64,000 nucleotides of DNA from Eledone cirrhosa. Lineage: Eukaryota. Location: contig OZ024743.1 of assembly GCA_964016885.1 (NCBI GenBank), positions 329,964,001 to 330,028,000 of the forward strand, in the 5' to 3' direction. The notes under the pieces were generated by a model, which was given only the letters and a program-made list of their open reading frames with translations, was not told the DNA's origin and ran no database searches. Position numbers and translations under genes: made by a program. Shown here piece after piece: positions 13,088 to 28,400 of the stretch. How positions within the stretch are numbered: the stretch's first letter is position 1; the number at the start of each line of letters is the position of its first letter.

Positions 13088-13099
13088 CATATACATACA

Positions 13100-13179
<80 letters not shown>

Positions 13180-13317
13180 CATATATATATATGTAGGAGG
13201 TGAGTTTTATTGTAGCACAATAAAGCAATGCAAATATCGGATAAGTATCACTCTACAGTTTGTAGGACTGGAGTATAAATAATATAAGATCAAAAGATGG
13301 TTAAAAGAGTTCCAAGT

Positions 13318-13386
13318 ATTTTATTATGCGCATTTCAAAAACAAATATCATCATGAGATGATATCTGCGTTTTCATCAGATAAAAT
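13318..13386 (-). ncRNA. Type I hammerhead ribozyme
   Basis: Reverse complement of the motif at 13836-13904. Confidence 0.8.
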
Positions 13387-13835
13387 AGGGATACATGATA
13401 TGAAGGTTAAAAAACACTTGTGAATAGTGAAGTTTTAAATCAACATATCAACAATAATTTAAACCCTTCAATATACAAACCTTAATTTAATATTCTAAAC
13501 CCCTTTTTCTCTTCATCAACTTTTAATTTCAAATTCTTTTAAATTATCTATTATCTTCCAACGGCTTTTTAACTTCTCTCTGTGAGACAATATATATTTT
13601 TCTCAGTTGTAAAGGCTATCTCTCTCTCTCTATCACCCATCTCTCCTCCTCTCTCATCCTTCCTTCTTATACTCCTCCCGACCGTTCTTTACTCTCATCT
13701 CCTCGTCTTCCTTATCCTTTCCAACCCCCCTCACTTTTTCCCAATATCACACATCAATCTTAAATTATTTTTCATATGTTGATTTAAAACTTCACTATTC
13801 ACAAGTGTTTTTTAACCTTCATATCTTGTATCTTT

Positions 13836-13904
13836 ATTTTATCTGATGAAAACGCAGATATCATCTCATGATGATATTTGTTTTTGAAATGCGCATAATA
13901 AAAT
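13836..13904 (+). ncRNA. Type I hammerhead ribozyme (long stem II, palindromic stem III)
   Basis: attttat-CTGATGA-aaacgcagatatcatc(tcat)gatgatatttgttttt-GAAA-tgcgca-TA|ataaaat; 7-bp perfect stem I; predicted cleavage after 13897. Confidence 0.85.
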
Positions 13905-13969
13905 GATGGAACTCTTTTAACCATCTTTTGATCTTATATTATACATATATATATATATACATACGTACA

Positions 13970-14106
<137 letters not shown>

Positions 14107-14156
14107 AGTATGTATGTATACGTACATACATATATGTATACAGACGTACAGTAGCA

Positions 14157-14213
<57 letters not shown>

Positions 14214-14324
14214 GCATACAGGTACACATACATATATGCACGCATCAGTTTAGCCGACGTTTATTATAACGCAGTTTTGTTCGCTTGTTTGTCAACGAAC
14301 GTTCAACTATCTGGCAGATGGGTA

Positions 14325-14369
14325 AACGGTGCTGATGATAGCTAACAAGCTTGAAATTAGTACATCGTT
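14325..14369 (+). ncRNA. Minimal type I hammerhead ribozyme (copy 1)
   Basis: aacggtg-CTGATGA-t agct(aaca)agct t-GAAA-ttag-TA|catcgtt; predicted cleavage after 14362. Confidence 0.8.
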
Positions 14370-14527
14370 CCTGTGTCAGTGTTGAACAAAAAGGTGACGT
14401 GGTTGCCTTAACACCGTATGGCATAAATTCAGGCTGTTCGGTTTGTTGACAAACAAGCGAACAAAGCTGCGTTATAATAAACGTCGGCTAAACTGATGCG
14501 TGCATATATGTATGTGTACCTGTATGC

Positions 14528-14572
<45 letters not shown>

Positions 14573-14808
14573 TGCTACTGTACGTCTGTATACATATATA
14601 TATGTACGTATACATACATACTTACATTTAAGTAAGTGCCATACTAAGAGTGAGAAATGAAATTTCGTTTTCATTTTTTTTTCAACTTGTCGTTTTCGGT
14701 ATGCCTGACCGATTTAACTCACTCAATATGCAAATTAGGCTGCTCAGCCGTTAATTTTCATAAGGAAAGTATATACTTTCGAACGTTCAACTATCTGGCA
14801 GATGGGTA

Positions 14809-14853
14809 AACGGTGCTGATGATAGCTAACAAGCTTGAAACTAGTACATCGTT
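14809..14853 (+). ncRNA. Minimal type I hammerhead ribozyme (copy 2)
   Basis: aacggtg-CTGATGA-t agct(aaca)agct t-GAAA-ctag-TA|catcgtt; palindromic ACTAGT stem III, GUA cleavage triplet; predicted cleavage after 14846. Confidence 0.85.
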
Positions 14854-15011
14854 CCTGTGTCAGTGTTGAACAAAAAGGTGACGTGGTTGCCTTAACACCG
14901 TATGGCATAAATTCAGGCTGTTCGGTTTGTTGACAAACAAGCGAACAAAGCTGCGTTATAATAAACGTCGGCTAAACTGATGCGTGCATATATGTATGTG
15001 TACCTGTATGC

Positions 15012-15068
<57 letters not shown>

Positions 15069-15181
15069 TGCTACTGTACGTCTGTATACATATATGTATG
15101 TACGTATACATACATACTTACATTTAAGTAAGTGCCATACTAAGAGTGAGAAATGAAATTTCGTTTTCATTTTTTTTTCAA

Positions 15182-15216
<35 letters not shown>

Positions 15217-15317
15217 TACAATGAAATAAATATATAAATACAATAAAAATCAAATGAATCAACACAAGTAAATATGATAAATATATAAATAAAAAAACAA
15301 TAAAATGGTCGATAAAA

Positions 15318-15348
<31 letters not shown>

Positions 15349-16232
15349 ACAAACAAATAAATAAATAAATAAATAAATAAATAAATGATTGGATGATATG
15401 TGGTAACCCTTTAAAATTAGTAAAGTGCTCGGCAAAAGAGTCCAGTGTGTGGTTTGATGTATTGAGAGTATTATCTGCAACGCTAATTACATGAGAAATC
15501 TGGTGGAATTTTAACAAGTCTAAATTCTCCAATGACATTGTTGAATACAAGATATTTGTGTAAATAGCTGCGAGAGAAATTTAAGTTTCTTTCTTGGAGA
15601 AAATAAAAATCGATTTCAACCCTATTTCGAGTGCTAATGAAAAACAACCAACAACAACAACAACAGCAACAACAATATAACATGGCAGCATAACAACAAC
15701 AACAGCAGCAGCAGTAACAACAACAACAATACAAAATGGCAGCATAGCAAAGCCACAACACCAACAACAACAACAATAAAGCATGGCAGCATAGCAAATA
15801 ACAACAACAATATAACATGGCGGCATAGCAACAACAACAACAACAACAATACAGCATGGCAGCAAAGCAGCAGCAGCAGCAACAACAATAGCAACAACAA
15901 CATGGCAACAAAGCAACAACAACAATAACAACAACAATATAACATGGCAGCAGCAGCAACAAGAACAACAACAACAACAATACAACATGGCAGCAAAGCA
16001 GCCACAGCAGCAGCAGCAGCAGCAGCATCATCATCAGCAGAGCAGCAACAACAACAACAACAACTTGCACGATAATACAGGACAAACTAATAAAAGCATC
16101 GAAAACAACAACATGGATAAAAAAATAATATAAAAACAACACCAAAAGCATCAACAAGAATATAAAAACGGGAACGGCAATCTTATTAAAAGCAACAACA
16201 ACAGCAGCGACACCAACAGCAGCAACAACAAT

Positions 16233-16268
<36 letters not shown>

Positions 16269-16444
16269 GACAACAACAGCAGCGACAACAACAGCAGCAA
16301 CAACAGTAGCAGCAACACCAACAGCAGCAACATCAACAGCAGCAAAAACAACAGCAGCAACAACACCAGCAGCAACACCAACAGCAGCAAAAACAACAGC
16401 AGCAACACCAACAGCAGCAACAACAACAGCAGCAGCAGCACCAA

Positions 16445-16485
<41 letters not shown>

Positions 16486-16609
16486 ATAGCAGCAGCAATA
16501 CCAACAGCAGCAACACCAACAGCAGCAACAACAACAGCTGCAACACCAACAGCAGCAACAACAACAGCAGCAACATCAACAGCAGCAACAACAACAGCAG
16601 CAACACCAA

Positions 16610-16644
<35 letters not shown>

Positions 16645-16729
16645 ACAACAACAACAGCAGCAACACCAACAGTAGCAACAACAACAGCAGCAACACCAAC
16701 AGCAGCAACACCAACAGCAGCAACAATAA

Positions 16730-16779
<50 letters not shown>

Positions 16780-16915
16780 ACAACAACAGCAGCAACACCA
16801 ACAGCAGCAACAACAACAGCAGCAACACCAACAGCAGCAACACCAACAGCAGCAACAACAATAGCAACAACACCAACAGCAGCTGTAACAACAGCAGCAA
16901 CAACAACAACACCAA

Positions 16916-16956
<41 letters not shown>

Positions 16957-17085
16957 CCAACCGCAGCAACACAACAGCAGCAACAACAACAGCAGCAACA
17001 CCAACAGCAGCAACAACAACAGCAGCAACACCAACAGCAGCAACAACACAGCAGCAACACCAACAGCAGCAACACTAACAGCAGT

Positions 17086-17119
<34 letters not shown>

Positions 17120-17183
17120 CCAACAGCAGCAACACCAACAGCAGCAACACTAACAGCAGCAACAACAACAGCAGCAACACCAA

Positions 17184-17224
<41 letters not shown>

Positions 17225-17455
17225 ACAATAGCAACAACACCAACAGCAGCAACAACAACAGCAGCAACAACACAGCAGCAACACCAACAGCAGCAACAAC
17301 AAGAGCAGCAACAACAACAGCAGCAACACCAACAGCAGCAACACCAACAGCAGCAACAACAACAGCAGCAACACCAACAGCAGCAACAACAACAGCAGCA
17401 ACACCAACAGCAGCAACAACAATAGCAACAACACCAACAGCAACAACAACAACAC

Positions 17456-17493
<38 letters not shown>

Positions 17494-17589
17494 CCAACAG
17501 CAGCAACAACAATAGCAACAACACCAACAGCAGCAACAACAACAGCAGCAACACCAACAGCAGCAACAACAACAGCAGCAACAACACTA

Positions 17590-17631
<42 letters not shown>

Positions 17632-17635
17632 CCAA

Positions 17636-17706
<71 letters not shown>

Positions 17707-17785
17707 CCAACAGCAGCAACACCAACAGCAGCAACACCAACAGCAGCAACAACAACATCAGCAACACCAACAGCAGCAACACCAA

Positions 17786-17826
<41 letters not shown>

Positions 17827-17841
17827 CAGCAGCAACACCAA

Positions 17842-17882
<41 letters not shown>

Positions 17883-17991
17883 CCAACAGCAGCAACAATA
17901 ACAGCAGCAACACCAACAACAGCAACAACAACAGCAGCAACAACAACGGCAGCAACACCAACAGCAGCAAAAACAACAGCAGCAACACCAA

Positions 17992-18062
<71 letters not shown>

Positions 18063-19790
18063 CCAACAGCAGCAACACCAACAGCAGCAACAACAACAGC
18101 AGCAACACCAACAGCAGCAACAACAACAGTAACAATGATAACAACAACGATAAAACGACGACAATAACGAGAACAAGTATAACAATGACGATAACAACAA
18201 TAACATTAGCACAGCAGCAACAGTAATAACAACAACGACAGCAACAACAACAATAATAACAACAACAACGGCAATAACGATAACAACAACAGCAGCAGCA
18301 ACAATAATAACAACAACATCAGCAATAACGATAACAACAACAATAATAACAACAACAACAGCAATAACGATAACAACAACAACAGCAACAACAATAATAA
18401 CAACAACAACAGCAATAACGATAACAACAACGACAGCAACAACAGTAATAACAACAACAACAGCAACAACAATAATAACAACAACAACAGCAATAACGAT
18501 AACAACAACAACAGCAACAACAATAATAACAACAACAACAGCAATAACGATAACAACAACGACAGCAACAACAGTAATAACAACAACAACAGCAACAACA
18601 ATAATAACAACAACAACAGCAACAACAATAATAACAACAACAACGGCAATAACGATAACAACAACAACAGCAACAACAATAATAACAACAACAACAGCAA
18701 TAACGATAACAACAACGACAGCAACAGCAATAATAACAACAACAACAGCAATAACGATAACAATAACAACAGCAACAACAATAATAACAACAACAACGGC
18801 AATAACGATAACAACAACAACAGCAACAACAATAATAACAACAACAACAGCAACAACAATAATAACAACAACAACAGCAATAACGATAACAACAAGGACA
18901 GCAACAACAGTAATAACAACAACAACAGCAACAACAGTAATAACAACAACAACAGCAACAACAATAATAACAACAACAACAGCAACAACAATAATAACAA
19001 CAACAACGGCAATAACGATAACAACAACAACAGCAACAACAATAATAACAACAACAACGGCAATAACGATAACAACAACAACAGCAACAACAATAATAAC
19101 AACAACAACGGCAATAACGATAACAACAACAACAGCAACAACAATAATGACAACAACAACAGCAATAACGATAAAAACAACGACAGCAACAACAATAATA
19201 ACAACAACAACAGCAATAACGATAACAACAACAACAGCAATAACGATAACAACAACGACAGCAATAACGACAACAACAAAAGCAATAACAATAACAACAA
19301 CAACAGCAATAACAATAACAACAATAACAGCAATAACGATAACAACAACAACAGCAATAACGATAACAACAACGACAGCAACAACAGCAATAACGATAAC
19401 AACAACAACAGCAATAACGATAACAACAACAACAACAGCAATAACGTTAACAACAACAACAGCAATAATGATAACAACAACGACAGCAACACCGATGACA
19501 ACAGCAGCAATAATCACAACAACAATTAAGATAGCAACATCAACACGAAAGAAAGCAACAACAACAACAACAAAATCAGCAATAACAACAGTCACCACAG
19601 CAACGAAAGTAACAACAACAACCAACATAGCAACGAACACAACAATAACAACAACAACAGCAAAGAAAGCAACAACAATAACAATATCAACTACAACAAC
19701 AGCAAAGAAAGCAACAACAACAACAGCAAAGAGAGCAACAATAAAAACAACAAGAACAAACACAGTAACGAACACAACAATAACAATAAT

Positions 19791-20005
19791 GGTTTCTGAT
19801 TTCAGCACAAGGCCAGCAGTTTTGGAGGAGGGGAAAGTTGATTAGATCGACCTCAGTGTGTGACTGGTACTTTATTTTATCGACCCCGTAAGGTGTAAAG
19901 CAAAGTTCGCCTCGGCGGGATTTGAACTCAGATCATAAAGGGCCGTAACTCTATCCTGCAAAGCATGACGTCCGACGCTCTACCGATACTGCCAACCCAT
20001 CGCCC
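19791..20005 (-). mobile_element. Full-length tRNA-derived SINE with Nin/Deu-like core (long 3' variant)
   Basis: Minus strand: gggcgatgggttggcagtatcggtagag (A-box), gagttcaaatc (B-box), ccttacggggtcgataaaataaagtaccag core, ggccttgtgc tail. The Nin-domain label is from recall of the motif, not a search. Confidence 0.9.
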
Positions 20006-20313
20006 TTGTTATTATTGAGCAGCAACAATAATAGTAACAACAACAACAATAACAACCAAACATCTCAACAACAATAATAGCAACAACAGCATCAATAATA
20101 ACCAAACATCTCAACAACAATAATAGCATCAACAGCAACAATAAGAACCAAACATCTCATCAACAATAATATCAACAACAACAACAACAATAACAACAAC
20201 AATCATGGCGGCAGCAGCAACAATAACAACAACAACAATACACCATGGCAGCAAACCAGCAGCAGCAACAACAACAACAGCAACAACAACAACAATACAA
20301 CATGGCAGCAAAA

Positions 20314-20395
<82 letters not shown>

Positions 20396-20566
20396 ACATG
20401 GCAGCAAAGCAGCAGCGGCAGCTGTAGCAGCAGCAGCAACAACAACAACAACAACAATAAAACATGGCAGCTAAGCAGCAGCAACAGCAACAAAAACAAC
20501 AACAGCAATACAACATGGCAGCAAAACAGCAGCAACAACAACACCAACAACAACACCACCACCACC

Positions 20567-20609
<43 letters not shown>

Positions 20610-20649
20610 CAACAACAACAACAACAACAACAACAATACAACATGTCAG

Positions 20650-20687
<38 letters not shown>

Positions 20688-21011
20688 CAACAACAACAAC
20701 TTGCACAATAATACAGGACAAACTAATAAAAACATCGAAAACAACATGAATAAAAAATAATATAAAAACAACACCAACAGCATCAACAAGAATATAAAAC
20801 GGGAACGGCAATCTTATTAAAAGCAACAACAACAGCAGCAACACCAACAGCAGCGACAACAACAGCAGCAACACCAACAGCAGCAACACCAACAGCGGCA
20901 CCACCAACAGCAGCAACACCAAGAGCAGCAACAACAACAGCAGCAACACCACAGCAGCAACACCAATAGCAGCAACACCAACAGCGGCAACAACAACAGC
21001 AGCAACACCAA

Positions 21012-21067
<56 letters not shown>

Positions 21068-21131
21068 CCAACAGCAGCAACACCAACAGCAGCAACACCA
21101 ACAGCAGCAACAACAACAGCAGCAACACCAA

Positions 21132-21172
<41 letters not shown>

Positions 21173-21215
21173 CCAACAGCAGCAACACCAACGGCGGCAA
21201 CAACAACAGCAGCAG

Positions 21216-21247
<32 letters not shown>

Positions 21248-21356
21248 CCAACAGCAGCAACGCCAACAGCAGCAACACCAACAGCGGCAACACCAACAGC
21301 AGCAACAACAACAGCAGCAACAAAAACAGCAGCAACACCAACAGCAGCAACACCAA

Positions 21357-21397
<41 letters not shown>

Positions 21398-21416
21398 CCA
21401 ACAGCAGCAACACCAA

Positions 21417-21449
<33 letters not shown>

Positions 21450-22227
21450 TAACAATGATAACAACAACGATAAAACGACGACAATAACGAGAACAAGTAT
21501 AACAATGACGATAACAACAATAACATTAGCACAGCAGCAACAGTAATAACAACAACGACAGCAACAACAACAATAATAACAACAACAACGGCAATAACGA
21601 TAACAACAACGACAACAATAACGATAACAGAAACAACAGCAATAACGATAACAACAACGACAGCAAAAACAATAATAACAACAACAACAACAATAATAAC
21701 AACAACGACAGCAATAACAACAATAACAACAACAGCAATAACGATAACAACAACGACAGCAATAACAATAACAACAACAACAGCAATAACGATAACAACA
21801 ACGACAGCAACAACAGCAATAACGATAACAACAACAATAACAGTAATAACGATAACAACAACAACAACAGCAATAACGATAACAACAACAACAGCAATAA
21901 TGATAACTACAACGACAGCAACACCGATGACAACAGCAGCAATAATCACAACAACAATTAAGATAGCAACATCAACAGCAAAGAAAGCAACAACAACAAC
22001 AACAAAAACAATCAAAACAACAAAAAGAGCAATAACAACACTCACCACAGCAACGAAAGTAACAACAACAACCAACATAGTAACGAACAACAACAGCAAA
22101 GAAAGCAACAACAATAACAGCATCAACTACAACAACAACAAAGAAAGCAACAACAACAACAGCAAAGAGAGCAACAATAACAACAACAAGAACAAACACA
22201 GTAACGAACACAACAATAACAATAATA

Positions 22228-22442
22228 GTTTCTAATTTCGGCACAAGGCCAGCAGTTTTGGAGGAGGGGAAAGTTGATTAGATCGACCCCAGTGTGTGAC
22301 TGGTATTTTATTTTATCGACCCCGTAAGGATGTAAAGCAAAGTTCGCCTCGGCGGGATTTGAACTCAGATCATAAAGGGCCGTAACTCTATCCTGCAAAG
22401 TATGACGTCCGACGCTCTACCGATACTGCCAACACACCGCCC
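22228..22442 (-). mobile_element. Full-length tRNA-derived SINE (duplicate of 19791-20005)
   Basis: Near-identical to 19791-20005, with shared flanks on both sides. Confidence 0.9.
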
Positions 22443-22489
22443 TTGTTATTATTGAGCAACAACAATAATAGTAACAAAAACAACAATAA

Positions 22490-25400
22490 GAACCAAACAT
22501 CTCAACAACAATAATAGCAACAAAAGCAACAATAAGAACCAAACATCTCAACAACAATAATAGCAACAACAACAACAATAAGAACCAAACATCTCAACAA
22601 CAATAATAGCAACAACAGCAACAATAAGAACCAAACATCTAAACAATAATAGCAACAACAGCAACAATAAGAACCAAACATCTCAACAACAATAATAGCA
22701 AGAACAGCAACAATAACAACCAAACATCTCAACAACAATAATAGCAAGAACAGCAACAATAACAACCAAACATCTCAACAACAATAATATCGACAAGAAC
22801 AACAATAAGAAACAAACATCTCAACAACAATAATATCAACAACAACAACAATAAGAACCAAACATCTCAACAACAATAATAGCAACAACAGCAACAATAA
22901 GAACTAAACAACTCAACAACAATAATATCAACAACAACAACAATAAGAACCAAACATCTCAACAACAATAACATCAACAACAACAACAACAATAAGAACC
23001 AAACATCTCAACAACAATAACATCAACAACAACAATAAGAAACAAACATCTCAACAACAATAATATCAACAACAACACCAATAAGAAACAAAGATCTCAA
23101 CAACAATATTAGCAACAACAGCAACACTCAGGACCAAACATCTCAACAACAATAATAGCAACAACAACAACAATAAGAACCAAACATCTCAACAACATTA
23201 ATAGTAACAACAGCAACAATAAGAAACAAACATCTCAACAACAATAATAGCAACAACAGCAACAATAAGAACCAAACATCTCAACAACAATAATATCAAC
23301 AACAACAATAAGAACCAAATATCTCAACAATAATAATAGCAACAACAGCAAGAATAAGAACCAAACATCTGAACAACAATAATAGCAACAACAGCAACAA
23401 TAAGAACCAAATATCTCAACAACAATAATAGCAACAACAGCAAAAATATGAACCAAACATCTCAACAACAATAATATCAACAACAACAACAATAAGAACC
23501 AAACATCTCAACAACAAATTAGCAACAACAGCAACAATAAGAACCAAACATCTCAACAAAAATAATATCAACAACAACAACAATAAGAACCAAACATCTC
23601 AACAACAATAATAGCAACACCAGCAACAATAAGGCCCAAAGATCTCAACAACAATAATATCAACAACAACAACAATAAGAACCAAACATCTCAACAACAA
23701 TAAGAACCAAACATCTCAACAACAATGATATCAACAACAACAACAATAAGAAGCAACATCTCAACAACAATAATATCAACAACAACAACAATAAGAATCA
23801 AACATCTCAACAACAATAATAGCAACGACAGCAACAATAAGAACAAAACATCTCAACAACAATAAAATCAACAACAACAACAATAAGAACCAAACATCTC
23901 AACAACAATAACATCAACAACAATAACAATAAGAAACAAACATCTCAACGACAATAATATCAACAACAACACCAATAAGAAACAAACATCTCAACAACAA
24001 TAATATCAACAACAACAACAATAAGAACCAAACACCTCAACAACAATAATAGCAACAACAGCAACAATAAGGACCAAACATCTCAACAACAATAATATCA
24101 ACAACAACAACAATAAGAACCAAACATCTCAATAACAATAATAGCCACAACAGTAACAATAAGAACCAAACATCTCAACAACAATAATATCAACAACAGC
24201 AACAATAAGAACCGAACATTTCAACAACAATAATAGCAACAACAGCAACAATGAGAACCAAACATACCAACAACAATAATATCAACAACAGCAACAATAA
24301 GAACCAAACATCTCAACAACAATAATATCAACAACAGCAACAATAAGAACCAAACATCTCAACAACAATAATATCAACAACAGCAACAATAAGAACCAAA
24401 CATCTCAACAACAATAATATCAACAACAGCAATAATAAGAACCAAACATCTCAACACCAATAATATCAACAACAGCAACAATAAGAACCAAACATCTCAA
24501 AAACAATAATAGCAACAACAACAACAATAAGAACCAAACATCTCAACAACAATAATAGCAACAACAGCAACAATAAGAACCAAACATCTCAAAAACAATA
24601 ATAGCAACAACAACAACAATAAGAACCAAACATCTCAACAACAATAATAGCAACAACAACAACAATAAGAACCAAACATCTCAACAACAATAATATCAAC
24701 AACAGCAACAATAAGAACCAAACATCTCAACAACAATAATAGCAACAACAGCAACAATAATAACCAAACATCACAACAACAATAATAGCAACAACAGCAA
24801 CACAAATAACCAAACATCTCAACAACAATAATATCAACAACAACAACATTAAGAACCAAACATCTCAACAACAATAAAAGCAACAACATCAACAATAAGA
24901 ACCAAACACCTCAACAACAATAATAGCAACAACAGCAACAAAAATAACCAAACATCTCAACAACAATAATAGCAACAACAGCAACAAAAATAACCAAACA
25001 TCTCAACAACAATAATAGCAACATCAGCAACAAAAATAACCAAACATCTCAACAACAATAATAGCAACAACAGCAACAAAAATAACCAAACATCTCAACA
25101 ACAATAATAGCAACAACAGCAACAAAAATAACCAAACATCTCAACAACAATAATAGCAACAACAGCAACAAAAATAACCAAACATCTCAACAACAATAAT
25201 ATAAACAACAACAACATTAAGAATCAAACATCTCAACAAAAATAATATCAACAACAACAACAATAAGAACCAAACACCTCAACAACAATAATAGCAACAA
25301 CAGCAACAATAAGAAGCAAACATCTCAACAACAATAATAGCAACAACAGCAACAATAATAACCAAAAATCTCAACAACAATAATAGCAACAACAGCAACA

Positions 25401-28400
25401 ATAAGAACCAAACATCACAACAACAATAATAGCAACAACAGCAACAATAATAACCAAACGTATCAACAACAATAATAGCAAAAACAACAGCAACAATAAT
25501 AACCAAACATCTCAACAACAATAATATCAACAATAGCAACAATAAGAACCAAACATCTCAACAACAATGATATCAGCAACAACAATAAGAACCAAACATC
25601 TCAACAACAATAATTTCAACAACAACAACAATAAGAACCAAATATCTCAACAACATTAATAGCACACAACAGCCACAATAAGAACCAAACATCTCAACAA
25701 CAATAGTAGCAACAACAGCAACAATAAGAACCAAACATCTCAACCACAATAATATCAACAAGAACAACAATAAGAACAAAACATCTCAACAACAATAATA
25801 GCAACAACAGCAACAATAAGAACCAAACATCTCAACCACAATAATATCAACAGCAACAACAATAAGAACCTAACATCTCAACAACAATAATAGCAACAGC
25901 AGCAACAATAAGAACCAAACATCTCAACAACAATAATATCAACAACAACAAAAATAAGAACCAAACACCTCAACAACAATAATAGCAACAACAGCAACAA
26001 TAAGAACCAAACATCACAACAACAATAATAGCCACAACAGCAACAATAATAAACCTAACATCTCAACAACAATAATAGCAACAACAGCAACAATAATAAC
26101 CAAACATCTCAACAACAATAATAGCAACAACAGCAACAATAATAAATAAACATCCCAACAACAATAATATCAACAACAGCAACAATAAGAACCAAACATC
26201 TCAACAACAATAATATCAACAACAACAACAATAAGAACCAAACATCTCAACAACAATAATATCAACAACAACAACAATAAGAACCAAACATCTCAACAAC
26301 AATAATAGCAACAACAGCAACAATAAGAAGCAACCATCTCAAAAACAATAATAGCAACAACTACAACAATAAAAACCAAACATCTCAACAACAATAATAT
26401 CAACAACAATAACAATAAGAACCAAACATCTCAACAACAATAATAGCAACAAAAGTAACAATAAGAAGCAAACATCTCAACAACAATAATAGCAACAACA
26501 AGCAACCATAAGAACGAAACATCACAACAACAGTAATAGCAACAACAGCAACAAAAATAACCAAACATCTCAACAACAATAATATCAACAAGAACAACAA
26601 TAAGAACCAAACATCTCAACAACAATAATAGCAACAACAGCAACAATAAGAACCCAACATCCCAACAACAATAATATCAACAACAACAACAATAAGAACC
26701 TAAACATCTCAACAACAATAATAGCAACAACAACAAAAATAAGAATCAAACACCTCAACAACAATTATAGCAACATCAGCAACAATAAGGACCAAACATC
26801 TCAACAACAATAATATGAACAACAACAACAATAAAAACCAAACATCTCAACAACAATAATATCAACAAGAACAACAATAAGAACCAAACATCTCAACAAC
26901 AATAATAGCACAACAGCAACAATAAGAACCAAAAATATCAACAACAATAATAGCAACAGCAGCAACAATAAGAACCAAACATCTCAACAACAATATTAGC
27001 AACAACAGCAACAATAAGAATCAAACATCTCAATAAACAATAATATCAACAACAACAATAAGAACCAAACATCTCAACAACAATGATAGCAACAACAGCA
27101 ACAATAAGAACCAAACATCTCAACAACAATAATATCAACAACAACAACAACAATAAGAACCAACATCTCAACAACAATAAGAACCAAATATCTCAACAAC
27201 AATAATATCAAAAAAAAACAACAATAATATCAACAACAGCAACAATAAGAACCAAACATCTCAACAACAATAATAGCAAGAACAGCAACAATAACAACCA
27301 AACATCTCAACAACAATAATAGCAAGAACAGCAACAATAACAACCAAACATCTCAACAACAATTATATCGACAAGAACAACAATAAGAAACAAACATCTC
27401 AACAACAATAATATCTACAACAACAACAATAAGAACCAAACATCTCAACAACAATAATAGCAACAACAGCAACAATAAGAACTAAACAACTCAACAACAA
27501 TAATATCAACAACAACAACAATAAGAACCAAACATCTCAACAACAATAACATCAACAACAACAACAACAACAATAAGAACCAAACATCTCAACAACAATA
27601 ACATCAACAACAACAATAAGAAACAAACATCTCAACAACAATAATATCAACAACAACACCAATAAGAAACAAAGATCTCAACAACAATATTAGCAACAAC
27701 AGCAACACTCAGGACCAAACATCTCAACAACAATAATATCAACAACAACAACAATAAGAACCAAACATCTCAACAACATTAATAGTAACAACAGCAACAA
27801 TAAGAAACAAACATCTCAACAACAATAATAGCAACAACAGCAACAATAAGAACCAAACATCTCAACAACAATAATATCAACAACAACAATAAGAACCAAA
27901 TATCTCAACAATAATAATAGCAACAACAGCAAGAATAAGAACCAAACATCTGAACAACAATAATAGCAACAACAGCAACAATAAGAACCAAATATCTCAA
28001 CAACAATAATAGCAACAACAGCAAAAATATGAACCAAACATCTCAACAACAATAATATCAACAACAACAACAATAAGAACCAAACATCTCAACAACAAAT
28101 TAGCAACAACAGCAACAATAAGAACCAAACATCTCAACAACAATGATATCAACAACAACAACAATAAGAAGCAACATCTCAACAACAATAATATCAACAA
28201 CAACAACAATAAGAATCAAACATCTCAACAACAATAATAGCAACGACAGCAACAATAAGAACAAAACATCTCAACAACAATAAAATCAACAACAACAACA
28301 ATAAGAACCAAACATCTCAACAACAATAACATCAACAACAATAACAATAAGAAACAAACATCTCAACGACAATAATATCAACAACAACACCAATAAGAAA

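Larger units (their letters stand above)
15640..22490. repeat. Tandem duplication of a compound ACA/GCA/ATA low-complexity block plus SINE (copies of ~4.5 kb and ~2.3 kb)
   Basis: Unique anchors recur in the same order: aacttgcac.ataatacaggacaaactaat...gggaacggcaatcttattaaaa (16062 and 20698); gataaaacgacgacaataacgagaacaagtat (18149 and 21469); SINE (19791 and 22228). Confidence 0.93.

Noticed and set aside
15483-19808. 1441-aa minus-strand ORF and the other polyV/L/C/T ORFs
   Set aside because: The reverse strand of ACA/GCA triplet repeats lacks stops by composition; there is no domain content.
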